Assembly (NCBI RefSeq): GCF_006345805.1
Contig: NC_042998.1
Span: 62,992,001 to 63,056,000 of the forward strand
Origin: Octopus sinensis
Lineage: Eukaryota
DNA length: 64,000 nucleotides
Direction of reading: 5' to 3'
Part shown: one piece after another, positions 52,806 through 64,000 of the stretch
Layout: every line of letters begins with the position of its first letter
Position numbering within the stretch: the first letter of the stretch is position 1
The notes under the pieces: model-generated
What the model was told of the DNA's origin: nothing
The model's input: the letters and a program-made list of their open reading frames with translations, nothing else
Databases searched by the model: none
Made by a program: the position numbers and the translations under genes

Positions 52806-53994
52806 ACTGCACGCTGCGTTCAACACAAGATTGTAGGGTGTTACTGAACCAACCAGTTCCTGAAGATAAATCGGAATGCAGTGAGCGAAATATCGTGAAA
52901 TAATGATGCAATGTATCAGCAGAAGGAAACCGAATTCTTTTTCACTCTGGTAAAAGTTATTGATGCAGTAAGTATCAGCGATGTTGATAAATACAAACCA
53001 AAATGCAAATTTCTAATTTTAGAAAACAAACATGACTTTACCTAATGCTATCTTGAAGCTTTCCATTCCATTCTGTTTGTGAATTTACTCAATTCTTTTA
53101 TCAAAGATAAATATTCTTGCATAAATTTTTACCATGTCTAAGTTCTCCACATGTATAAAAACCTAACATTTTTCACTCATCATTATCTGTAGAGTCATTA
53201 TTTCTTGTGAAACGTTAAAATATAACAGCTAGTTATCTCTTACCTCTGGAACAGATTAGAAAGTCAAACGTCAAACAAAATTCATTAAAAATGTAGCAAA
53301 GTACAGGATCACATGAAAATTAGAGGGATGGACTGAAAAAAAATTTTATTGGTAAATATTCGTTTGAAATACAAATGTTTAGAGCTTAATGGAATAAAAC
53401 TACAGCGAGTTGGGGGGAAAAAACATGACGAAAGCAGAGCGTAGATTGGTGTGTAGCATTAATGAAGCCGGTGTAGAACCAGCTTATCTTTTTTATTGTT
53501 TTTATTGAACTCAGTAACAAGTTTCACTTTCTAATTTTTTCCACCAAAGAGCTAAGCGATAACCAGCTGTTATATTTTAACGTTTCACGAGAAATAATGG
53601 CAGTATAGATAATGATTAGTGAGAAAATTTGGGTGTTTATACATATGGCGAAGTTAGACATGGCAAAAGAAACAAAATTATGCAAGAATATCTATCTTTG
53701 ATAAAAGAATTGAACAAGTTTACAAACTGAATGGAATGGTAAGTTTCAAGATAGCATTAGGTAAAGACATTCCTATTGCAAAATATAGAATTTGCAATTC
53801 GGTTTGTATTTATCACCAACACTGATACTTACTGCTTCAATAACATTTATCACGGTGAAAAACAATTTAGTTCCCTTCTGCAGATACTTGCCATCCATCC
53901 GTCATGATATTTCGCTCACTGCCTTCCGATTTATTTTCAAGAACTGGTTGATTCAGTAACACCCTCTAATCTTGTGTTGAACGCAGCGTGAAGT
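52806..53994. mobile_element. Fold-back/MITE-like element, ~440-bp inverted arms, ~310-bp spacer
   Basis: cacgctgcgttcaacacaagatt ... aatcttgtgttgaacgcagcgtg; internal arm similarity visible throughout. Confidence 0.8.
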
Positions 53995-54066
53995 GACAAA
54001 CGGCGAGAAAAAGAAATACTAATCTAATTTCATATACTTATCTCTCTAAATTCTGTTATATGTTCG

Positions 54067-54203
<137 letters not shown>

Positions 54204-54928
54204 TATATATATGGGATGAAGTTTACCAGTATAATTTGTTTCGTATTTGCACAGAAGTTCTCAGTTGCATGGACATATATTTCAAAGTGCCATTCTACTA
54301 CTATTGGCAACAAAAACAGAAGAAAGAATGAATTTCGTCGTTGAATACATTTAAATAAACACAAAAGTATTGTATGTAAGTTAAAAAAACCTAAGTATAC
54401 AACTGTATGTCATACTCGAAGAGACATGGTTGTGTAGTTTATAAAGTTCACTTCGCATCTACGAGGTTTCGGTGAGGATACAAAGGCAAGTGTTTTTTGT
54501 TTTTTTCTATTATAATCCTAGGCCGATCAGTGTCTTCTGAGTGAATTTGGTAGGCCTAAATTGTGTGGAAGCCCGTCAGTGACTACGACGATATATAAAC
54601 CTGTTATAGGTAGAGTTTCATCCAAGTTTTACTGGTATTGTTGAGAAATATCTCGTCAATATAAAAATAAGTATATTATTAATATCGAATATTATTAAGA
54701 AAATGGAGATATTTAATGGATATAAATTGATTTATTAACATTTTAATAAGGCCTACAGTTGTTTTAATTCACACTCAATACAAATCTATAGAATAGAATA
54801 AGGTTGCTTTTTGAATATTTAAAATAAAATATCTTCAGAGACAAATAGACATTAATAAAACTCCATGTTGATCAATTGAGATTCTCCAACAGAGAATTCT
54901 CTTAGTTAATAATATTATATATACATAC

Positions 54929-54973
<45 letters not shown>

Positions 54974-56021
54974 ATGCACATATACATACACTCATATATA
55001 TATATATATGTGTGTGTGTGTGCGTTTCTGCGTCTCTGTCACATTCTAGTGGTGTTGGTTCGTTTACGTCCCCGTAATTAGTGGTTTGTTAAATGGAAGC
55101 GATAGAATAATAACCAAATATAATAACAACGACATTAATCTTGAATCGATTTGTTCGACTAAAACACTTTGAGGCGCTGCCTCAGTAAGGTCGCAGTCCA
55201 AGAATTAAAATAAAACAAGAACAAAAGATACCGTGCATTATGCTACTGATGAAATAACTTATCTAAATGGCAACTGCCTAAAGGGAGATAACTTTAATTT
55301 TTGTTGTAGGTTCAGGGAATAGTCTGGCGTTGTTGCTTTTGTTCAACTCCAGTCAACCATGAACTAGCAAAGATATCACAAACACACTTAAATCAAGATA
55401 ATCCCATCTTTGTCATACATTAGGGAATCCATACTGTATAATTGCATCGCCCAATATGTCTCTTTTTGTCTTTTATTTTCTTTTTTGAGACGTCAAGGTC
55501 TCAAAATATAATGTAACGTAGCCGTGGTTATTGTTTGCAGCAGGTGGAGTGGAAATGTTATAGCATATTTGTCGGAGTGCTATTTATGGCCATAATTAGT
55601 ATATATTACAGGTACTGATTGATCATCGGGAATGAGGGAGGTATGCGATGGAAGAAAATACATAGGAAAAACAGCTAATGCAGAAAGGGGTGACTAAGAT
55701 GATGAAGGTGATGATGATAATGATGATGATGGTGAGGATTTATGACGATATTGATGATAAGTTTGAGGATAATGATGATGGTCATGTGAAGATGATGATG
55801 ATGATGACGTTAATGAAGCTGATGATAATGGCGACTACGTTAACAGTAATGAAGATGATGATAGTATCAAAGTGAAAGATATAGTGATGAAATTTAAGTA
55901 ACGATTGCATGATACGAGGAATGATGAAAGTGATGATGGTGTAGAACCTCTTCAGACAAATTCAATTTTGTAAAAGCAATTTAAGCACACAACGAAAGGT
56001 TATTATTAGCACCAAAATTGA

Positions 56022-56785
56022 AGGTGGCGAGCTGGTAGAACGTTAGTACTCCGGGTGAAATGCTTAGGGGTATTGCGTCTGCCTTTATGTTCAAATTCTG
56101 CCGAGGTTGACTTTGTTTTCCATCCCTTCGGGGTCGATAAATTTAGTACCAATTGCGTACTGGAGTTGAACTAACCGACTGGCCCCCTCCCCAAAAGTTT
56201 CGGGCCTTGTGCTTAGAGTACAAAATAATATTTAAGGCGGCGAGCTGGCAGAAACGCTAAAAATTCGGGCGAATTGCTTAGAGGTATTTCGCCTGTCTTT
56301 ACGTTCTGAGTTCAAATTCCACCGAAGTCGACTTTGCCTTTCATCATTTTGGGTTCGATAAGTCAAGTGCCAGTTGCGTACTAAGGTCGATCTTAACGAC
56401 TGGTCACCTCTCCTAAAATTTCGGGCCTTGTGCTTAGAGTAGAAAAGAATCGTTGGCTAGCCAGGCAAAATATTTAGGGGTGAGTTCAAATTCCGGGAAG
56501 GTCGACGAAGCCTTTCATCACATTGGGTTCGATAAAATAAATACCAGTTGAACACTGGAGTGAATGCGACCGACTCATCCCCTCCCCACAAAGATGGTTG
56601 CACTTGAAACAAAATTTGAAACCATTATTTGTACTAAAATGTTTTTAATATTATAGGCAAAAGGCCTGAAATCTGAAGGGAGGGGAAAGTCGATTGTATC
56701 GACACTAGTATTTAATTGATACCTATTCTATTGACTCGGAGAGGATAAAAGGCAAAGTCTACCGTGGCAGAATTCGAACTCGCCA
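56022..56785. mobile_element. Cluster of four SINE-B copies (three +, one -)
   Basis: ggcggcgagctgg heads at about 56022 and 56234; ccctcccc tails. Confidence 0.8.
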
Positions 56786-56891
56786 GTAAGAAAGCCTCAA
56801 CTCCAAAAAGAAATGTGTTATCACTCTTCCCCTCTTTACCATTTATTTGATAGAAGCCATATATAATATATAATATACTATCAGTATAATG

Positions 56892-57130
56892 CACGGGGTG
56901 GTCACCAAACTATGGCCCATGTGCCGGATCCAGTCCGAGAGGTCATTTCATCCGGCACACCACCGCACTGTATCTTTTGTCAAAGTACCTTTGACAGTTT
57001 CTTTGCCTCTGGTATGGCATCAGTGTTTGGAACAGCTCATTTTCAGTAAGGAGAATGTCAAGTTAGCACATCGATGGAAGTTGACTGATAAACATTTTCA
57101 AAGCAACTCGCTAGGTTGGATGCGGCAATT
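56892..57130. mobile_element. Possible hAT-type MITE remnant
   Basis: cacggggtggtcaccaaactatggcccatgtgccggatccagtcc resembles hAT/Charlie MITE ends; other end not found. Confidence 0.35.
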
Positions 57131-57224
57131 CCAAAGCAAATATTGATGATATCTTAAAATTTAAACACCAGCTTCACAAATCTCACTAGCTATTTTTGCT
57201 GCTTAGTTTTTGAGATTCGGATAT

Positions 57225-57785
<561 letters not shown>

Positions 57786-58209
57786 TATTGAACAAAATTG
57801 TTATGCGGACCGCGCTTTGCCTTCTCTCATTTATCCGGCTCACCGCGAAACATGTTTCGTGACCCCTGGTATAAGGTATATATGCTGTGGTAGCTTTAAA
57901 CATTATATGCAATTCTTAGTAGATATATGCTGTTAAGCGGCGTACTGATACTAAGGCGTCAATCGTCTGACAAAATGTTCTGCGGTAGGTTTTACTTCCC
58001 CTTTTTATTTTTTGTTTTTACTTCCTGCGTTTAAGCAACTTTTCATTTCTAAAAATGAATTTAGTGGCTGGGAAAAGTTTTTTCTATTGTGTAATACACC
58101 ATGCCAATGCAGACTACCATCTTGACTACCAGATAAACGGAATTCCGCTTACGTTGGATATATATATTCGTAAAGAACATTTTTCAAGAGTGTGGTATTT
58201 AATCAATAT

Positions 58210-58860
58210 CAACAGCGTCGTTACAATCATCATCATCGTCAACAGCATCCCTATAGCCTTCTCGTGGCTGTTGTCGTCGTGGTCATCATCATCACCATCA
58301 TCATGATTACCGTAAGCTAATCATCGTCGTCTTCGTCGTCGTCGTCATCATTACCATCATAATCAACGCTGTGGTCACCGTCATCACCATCCTCCCATTC
58401 TTTCTCCTCCTCCTCCTCATCATCATCCTCATCATAACCATCATTGTCAGCATCCCTATAGCCTTCTCGTGGCTGTTGTCGTCGTGGTCATCATCATCAC
58501 CATCATCATGATTACCGTCAGCTCATCATCGTCATCTTCGTCGTCGTCGTCATCATTACTATCATAATCAACGCTGTGGTCACCGTCATCACCATCCTCC
58601 CATTCCTTCTCCTCCTCCTCCACCTCCCCCTCCTCATCATAACCATCATTGTAATCCTTGTCATTGTCGTCATCATCATCATCAGTATTATTACCGACAT
58701 CGTCATCGTGGTCGTCAGCATCTTCATCATTAATATCATCACCATTATTACCGTCATCGCCATCGTAGTCGTCGTCCTCATCGTCACCGTCATCATCACC
58801 GTCACAGATGTCGTCACCTTCATCATTATCATCCTCATTGTCGTCGTCGTCACAAGAATC
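58210..58860. repeat. (CAT/CGT)n low-complexity tract with a 205-bp internal duplication
   Basis: cagcatccctatagccttctcgtggctg at 58243 and 58448. Confidence 0.9.
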
Positions 58861-59750
58861 GATCATTTCAATCTTTTGCTTTGAGCGAAAATTACCAATT
58901 CTAATTATTTTTGAAGATAAAAATTATCATCTGGCAACATGTAACTATCAACTATCACCAAATCAATTTACTAACAACCTAGCAACCCCACCCTCATTGT
59001 TAGAAATAGCAGCCACATCACTCTCTACTCAGACACTGCCAAGAGTACAGACTCTTGTCTATAGGAATCAGCAGACAATTATATGCTCATGTCTGCCAAA
59101 ATGATCGTAATTTCTGTTGACCATTCATGGAAAATTTCGGTATCGTTCCAGGTTTTCTGTTTTAGTACCTGTCGACCCTCCTCCACTCCTCCTCTTTCTC
59201 CTCCTCCTCCTCCTCATCATCATCCTCATCATCAACGCCAATATCACCACCACCACCACCACCACCACCATCGTCATTAGCATTATCATCATCTTGATCA
59301 TATTTTGTCATTGCTGCTGCTGCTACTACTACAACTTTATCTGCTTCCCCTTACCCCTGCTACACCTATTCCTGCCGCTCCTTCTTATTTATCCACCGGG
59401 GGTCATTTTTCACTGACCAGACTACGATAAAATAGCTTCTTTTAAACATCTTGTCTTTCTGTATACCAGTTCCTATTATAGCCTCTCTGCATATATTTCA
59501 GCGACCAAGTAAGTGTGTCGTCTTGAGTTTGTATATTTGTGTAGATTTCCATCTGACTCTAACACCAAAATATTATTTTCTAGTCTTTTAGTTTTGCTTC
59601 ACAGAAATCTCATCCAATCTTATGTTTAAAAGCAGATATAATAAAAGATACAACATAACTACGTTCACAGAGTAAAAGGCAACGGTCCATATAACATAGA
59701 CCTACTTAATCTACATAGAATAGTTATAAGCTAGATACACACACACACAC

Positions 59751-59820
<70 letters not shown>

Positions 59821-59826
<6 letters not shown>

Positions 59827-59962
59827 CTATGTGGCAAAAGGCTTGCTTGCCAACCATGGTTCAGTCCCACTGCGAGCCACCATGAGCAAGTGTCTTCTAC
59901 TATAACCCCAGGCTGACGAAAGCCTTGTGTGTGGATTTCGTAACGAAAACTGAAAGAAGATC
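59821..59962 (+). mobile_element. SINE-A 5' half, diverged
   Basis: gagtagctatgtggc...ggttcagtcccactgc...gtgtcttctactata...aactgaaagaag. Confidence 0.75.
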
Positions 59963-59964
59963 TG

Positions 59965-60021
<57 letters not shown>

Positions 60022-60024
<3 letters not shown>

Positions 60025-60545
60025 AAGGATAAAATTAATTAATTAACGGGCAATTAATAATTCCACCAAATAGAAATCGGCATGAAAAAGGACCATTTTT
60101 CGGTAAACTTAAACAATATTTTATAATTACGAGTATATTTATAATTAGGGTTAAGTAAAGATTTGCTTTACCACATACCGAAGTTCAGAAATAGCAGCCA
60201 AAGAACCTTAGCTATTTCTTCTACTATAAGAAGAGACTTTCAGACAAAACAAAATACTCAAAATAACCCACGCAGACATATAGGAAAAATAACGAAATTC
60301 ACTCGGTATTTGATAACCTATGGACGCGTTTCGGAAATAAATCGGTATGAAAAATGTAAAAATCATACTTCACCCAAACATTTTCCTCTTCAGCATAGGA
60401 TTCCACGATATTAAATTTGAGAGCACTGGAAAAATTGGACCTACCTATCCAATTCAAAACAGTATCAGACAGATCATATTCAACGTCCAGTACCGACGAA
60501 TTCAAAACATACGAATGAGGTTCCTCACATTCCCTCGCCCATCCA
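60022..60545 (-). mobile_element. ~520-bp non-coding element between (TA)n tracts carrying a canonical hammerhead
   Basis: Bounded by microsatellites; contains 60317-60399. Confidence 0.55.
60317..60399 (-). ncRNA. Canonical type I hammerhead ribozyme
   Basis: CCUAUG-CUGAAGA-GGAAA...UUUCC-GAAA-CGCGU-C-CAUAGG: 6-bp stem I, G-C closing stem II, palindromic helix III ACGCGU, GUC site. Confidence 0.85.
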
Positions 60546-60627
60546 CATATGTATGTATATAAATATATACACATGATATTTATATATATATATATATGTA
60601 AATATATATCATATATACATATACACG

Positions 60628-60781
60628 TTTCTTCTCTTCATCTGTTTTCTTTGGCCCTTTCTCTCTGTAGAAGAACATAAGCTTAAATCGTCAAGGTCTC
60701 CTACATTATTCCTGAACGTCAAACAAATACACCCTGCTGGTTGTCCTTTCACCATCCTTTGTCTTTGTTGTTTTTCGTGCA

Positions 60782-60782
<1 letters not shown>
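60628..60782 (+). mobile_element. Degenerate solo Penelope terminus
   Basis: ctttctctctgtagaagaac...attcctgaacgtc...gtctttgttgtttttcgtgcaat then (TA)n. Confidence 0.6.
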
Positions 60783-60848
<66 letters not shown>

Positions 60849-60851
<3 letters not shown>

Positions 60852-61073
60852 TAATCACTCGACTATTGCGCGTTTTACGTTCCCAAACTCCCCGTAATAG
60901 GCGAAAATCCGCGAAGTAGAAATAGTACTGTAATGTATATGCATATTCTTTTTATTATTTTTACAATTTGAATATATTCATTTTATTATAATTGCAAAAC
61001 ACCACGGAGGAATCGACGTAAGCTTACACAATAAATCGCGATATGTGAACCGCGAAATGCCGAGAGATTGCTG
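60849..61073. mobile_element. Tc1/pogo-type MITE
   Basis: ta|cagtaatcactcgactattgcg ... cgcgaaatgccgagagattgctg. Confidence 0.65.
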
Positions 61074-61784
61074 CATATATACATACATATATATATATAT
61101 ATGTGTGTATATTGCACATATGCATATTCACATGCATTTATATACACACATATGTGTATGTGTGGGTTTTATATTAAGAGTTAAATATATAATTTTACTT
61201 TCTGTATATTTCCTTTATCTCCCCCTCAATTATCCATTATTATTCATTTGCAGTTCCACTTTCCTCTCCAGCCAATGCTGTCACTCAAGTCCAACACTAT
61301 ATTTCCTGTTTCTATATTTCAGGAAAATATCGCTTTGCAGAACAATCATATTAATCCACTTATTCATCACTTGGTCTATTTTATTTTCTGTTTTCCTTAA
61401 TTGATTTTTCACCTGAGAAGCCCATCATGCTATCACTCCTACACTTGAAACCTACTCAAAGTCCTATGTGACAAAAATCCTTAAAATCGGTTAGAGTAGC
61501 CCCAGACACACACAGAGACAGACACCATTACACATTTATGTATATAGATTTAATTAACAATCTAATCAGTCCCGAACGAGAAATATGAAGACGTCTCTCC
61601 CTTCAACTGATACAATTTTTTTGTTTTCCACAGGCTATTTTAGTGGCGCATGGCCTGGTGGTTAGGGTGATGGACTAATGATCGTAAGATTGAGGTTTCT
61701 TTTCCTAGACCGGGCGATGCAGTGTGTTTCAGATCAAAACATTTCATATTAACTCATATTAAATGAGTAACCCTGCGATGGATC

Positions 61785-61994
61785 ATTTTGGCCGCCATGG
61801 GTTTTGCAGTAAATCACAAAATCCTCCATAATTTTTGTATTATTCGCACAAATTACACCAAAATCCCAGACAATAACAATGAACTTTGTATGTATTGTTT
61901 GTAAAACTTATAGACTAAAAAACAACTTTGATAAAATCTTATACCTACTTTTCTGACGAAAACAATGCCGTTCTGAACATTTTGGCCGCAACTG
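61785..61994. mobile_element. Partial copy of the 8780 MITE
   Basis: ttttctgacgaaaacaatgccgttctgaacatttttggccgcaactg|ta. Confidence 0.8.
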
Positions 61995-62146
<152 letters not shown>

Positions 62147-62214
62147 TATACATATATATATATATATTTTCTCTCCTTTTTTTCTCACCTTTTTTCTCTC
62201 CTTTTTTTCTTTCC

Positions 62215-62376
62215 TTTTTCTCTCCTTGTTTTTTTTCTGTGTATCTTTCTGTCGAAGAGCGTAGGCTCGAAACGTAATATACTTTTTCCATTTCTATTCC
62301 TGAGCGCTATACTAATACATTTGTTTGTTTGTGCTCCACCTGCCTTAGTCTTTTATTTATTTTCGTAAACCTTCCC
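62215..62376 (+). mobile_element. Solo Penelope terminus with variant hammerhead (62245-62280)
   Basis: CUUU-CUGUCGA-A-GAGC(GUAG)GCUC-GAAA-CGU-A; stem I 3' strand decayed; ends in (TA)n. Confidence 0.8.
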
Positions 62377-62927
62377 GTTATAAATATATATATATATATT
62401 TATATATAGAGGGCATTATACATACATGCCAGAAGGCATTATACATACATGCCAAACGCTAAGAGGGACAATCAGTCATTTCTACCAAAAATATTACTAA
62501 TCCCACCGAATGCAATTTTTCAAAGTAAGACATTTAAAAATATAGACCTGTATCACAGTGATTTTACATAGGTGAGTTTACTTATATTACATCCGGGTAA
62601 ATGGCAAACTTTTACGAATTGCATTTCGGGAGAGGAAAAGCTTTTTCGGAATAAAAAATTTAGCAATTAAGGACAACTACTTAATAAGGAAAACTTAACA
62701 AGAAATTGTCAGGTAGATAGCGTAAAAACCTCATAAGAGAAAAAAAAAAATTTCGAAAATAATTATTTCTTATTGAACATATTAATTTATATATAGAGGG
62801 CATTATACATACATGCCAGAAGGCATTATACATCATGCCAAACGCTAAGAGGGACAATCAGTCATTTCTACCAAAATATTACTAATCCACCGAATGCAAT
62901 TTTTCAAAGTAAGACATTTAAAAATAT

Positions 62928-62974
62928 AGACCTGTATCACAGTGATTTCATACTTACGTAATCATCAGCAGCCT
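62928..62974 (-). ncRNA. Type I hammerhead motif, array unit 2
   Basis: Same as 63827 copy but one C missing in stem I. Confidence 0.65.
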
Positions 62975-63826
62975 GAATGTTTTATAAATAAACAACGACC
63001 CTGCCCCGCTTAAGCCGATCAGCTAACTGATCAACATCAACGAAGCACATGGGTGAGTTTACATATATTACACATCCGGGTAAATGGCCAACTTTTACGA
63101 ATTGCATTTCGGGAGAGGAAAAGTTTTTTCGGAATAAAAAATTTAGCAATTAAGGACAACTACTTAATAAGGAAAACTTAACAAGAAATTGTCAGGTAGA
63201 TAGCATAAAAACCTCATAAGAGAAAAAAAAAATTTCGAAAATAATTATTTCTTATTGAACATATTAATTTATATATAGAGGGCATTATACATACATGCCA
63301 GAAGGCATTATACATACATGCCAAACGCTAAGAGGGACAATCAGTCATTTCTACCAAAAATATTACTAATCCCACCGAATTATACATACATGCCAAACAG
63401 TCTATATTTTCAAATGTCTTACTTTGAAAAATTGCATTCGTGATTAGTAATATTTTTGGTAGAAATGACTGATTGTCCCTCTTAGCGTTTGGCATGTATG
63501 TATAATGCCTTCTGGCATGTATGTATAATGCCCTCTATATATATTTAATATGTTCAATAATAAGATAATTATTTTCGAAATTTTTTCTCTTATGAGGTTT
63601 TTACGCTATCTACCTGACAATTTCTTGTTAAGTTTTCCTTATTAAGTAGTTGTCCTTAATTGCTAAATTTTTATCCGAAAAAACTTTTCCTCTCCCGAAA
63701 TGCAATTCGTAAATTTGCCATTTACCCGGATGTATATATGTAAACTCACCCATGTGCTTCGTTGATGTTGATCAGTTAGCTGATCGGCTTAAGCGGGGCA
63801 GGGTCGTTGTTTATTTATAAACATTC

Positions 63827-63874
63827 AGGCCTGCTGATGATTACGTAAGTATGAAATCACTGTGATACAGGTCT
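63827..63874 (+). ncRNA. Type I hammerhead ribozyme motif, inverted arm
   Basis: AGGCCUG-CUGAUGA-U-UAC(GUAA)GUA-U-GAAA-UCACuGUGAU-A-CAGGUCU: 7-bp stem I with one G-U, GNRA-capped stem II, near-palindromic helix III, AUA site. Confidence 0.8.
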
Positions 63875-64000
63875 TATTTTTAAATGTCTTACTTTGAAAA
63901 ATTGCATTCGGTGGATTAGTAATATTTTTGGTAGAAATGACTGATTGTCCCTCTTAGCGTTTGGCATGTATGTATAATGCCTTCTGGCATGTATGTATAA

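Larger units (their letters stand above)
62400..64000. repeat. Tandem + inverted array of a ~480-bp hammerhead-containing unit (runs off window)
   Basis: tagagggcattatacatac at 62407, 62794 and 63276 (periods 387 and 482); inverted from about 63399 onward. Confidence 0.9.

Noticed and set aside
58456-58866. Asp/Glu-rich 136-aa ORF resembling an acidic matrix protein
   Set aside because: Low-complexity tract with an internal duplication; other frames are equally open
62400-64000. CRISPR-like or rDNA-like reading of the repeat array
   Set aside because: Units are ~480 bp without unique spacers and have no rRNA similarity; eukaryotic context

Overview
AT-rich, repeat-saturated eukaryotic non-genic DNA. 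The SINE families and microsatellite load look like an octopus (coleoid cephalopod) genome; that is inferred from recognising the repeats, not tested. No host protein-coding gene, rRNA, true tRNA or CRISPR array can be supported. Most long ORFs in the track are microsatellite translation artefacts. Recognisable coding remnants are all transposon-derived: a Penelope-like element (RT C-terminus + GIY-YIG, 14.4-16.4 kb, minus), a decayed near-full-length Tx1/L1-type LINE (47.85-52.46 kb, plus), a full-length decayed Tc1 element (33.4-34.6 kb), plus R4/Dong-like, RTE-like, Chapaev3-like and second Penelope fragments. Three tRNA-derived SINE families (my labels A, B, C), MITEs and a Helitron-like element fill much of the rest. 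Two systems stand out. (1) At least six different sequence families of type I hammerhead-ribozyme motifs with palindromic or near-palindromic helix III. They sit at microsatellite-abutting element ends, often as head-to-head fold-backs, and include a ~480-bp tandem/inverted array at 62.4-64 kb that resembles a retrozyme. (2) A Tx1-like LINE and a SINE sharing its 3' tail, both apparently inserted at the same site inside a host SINE-B copy. All coordinates and pairings were read by eye; element boundaries are approximate.
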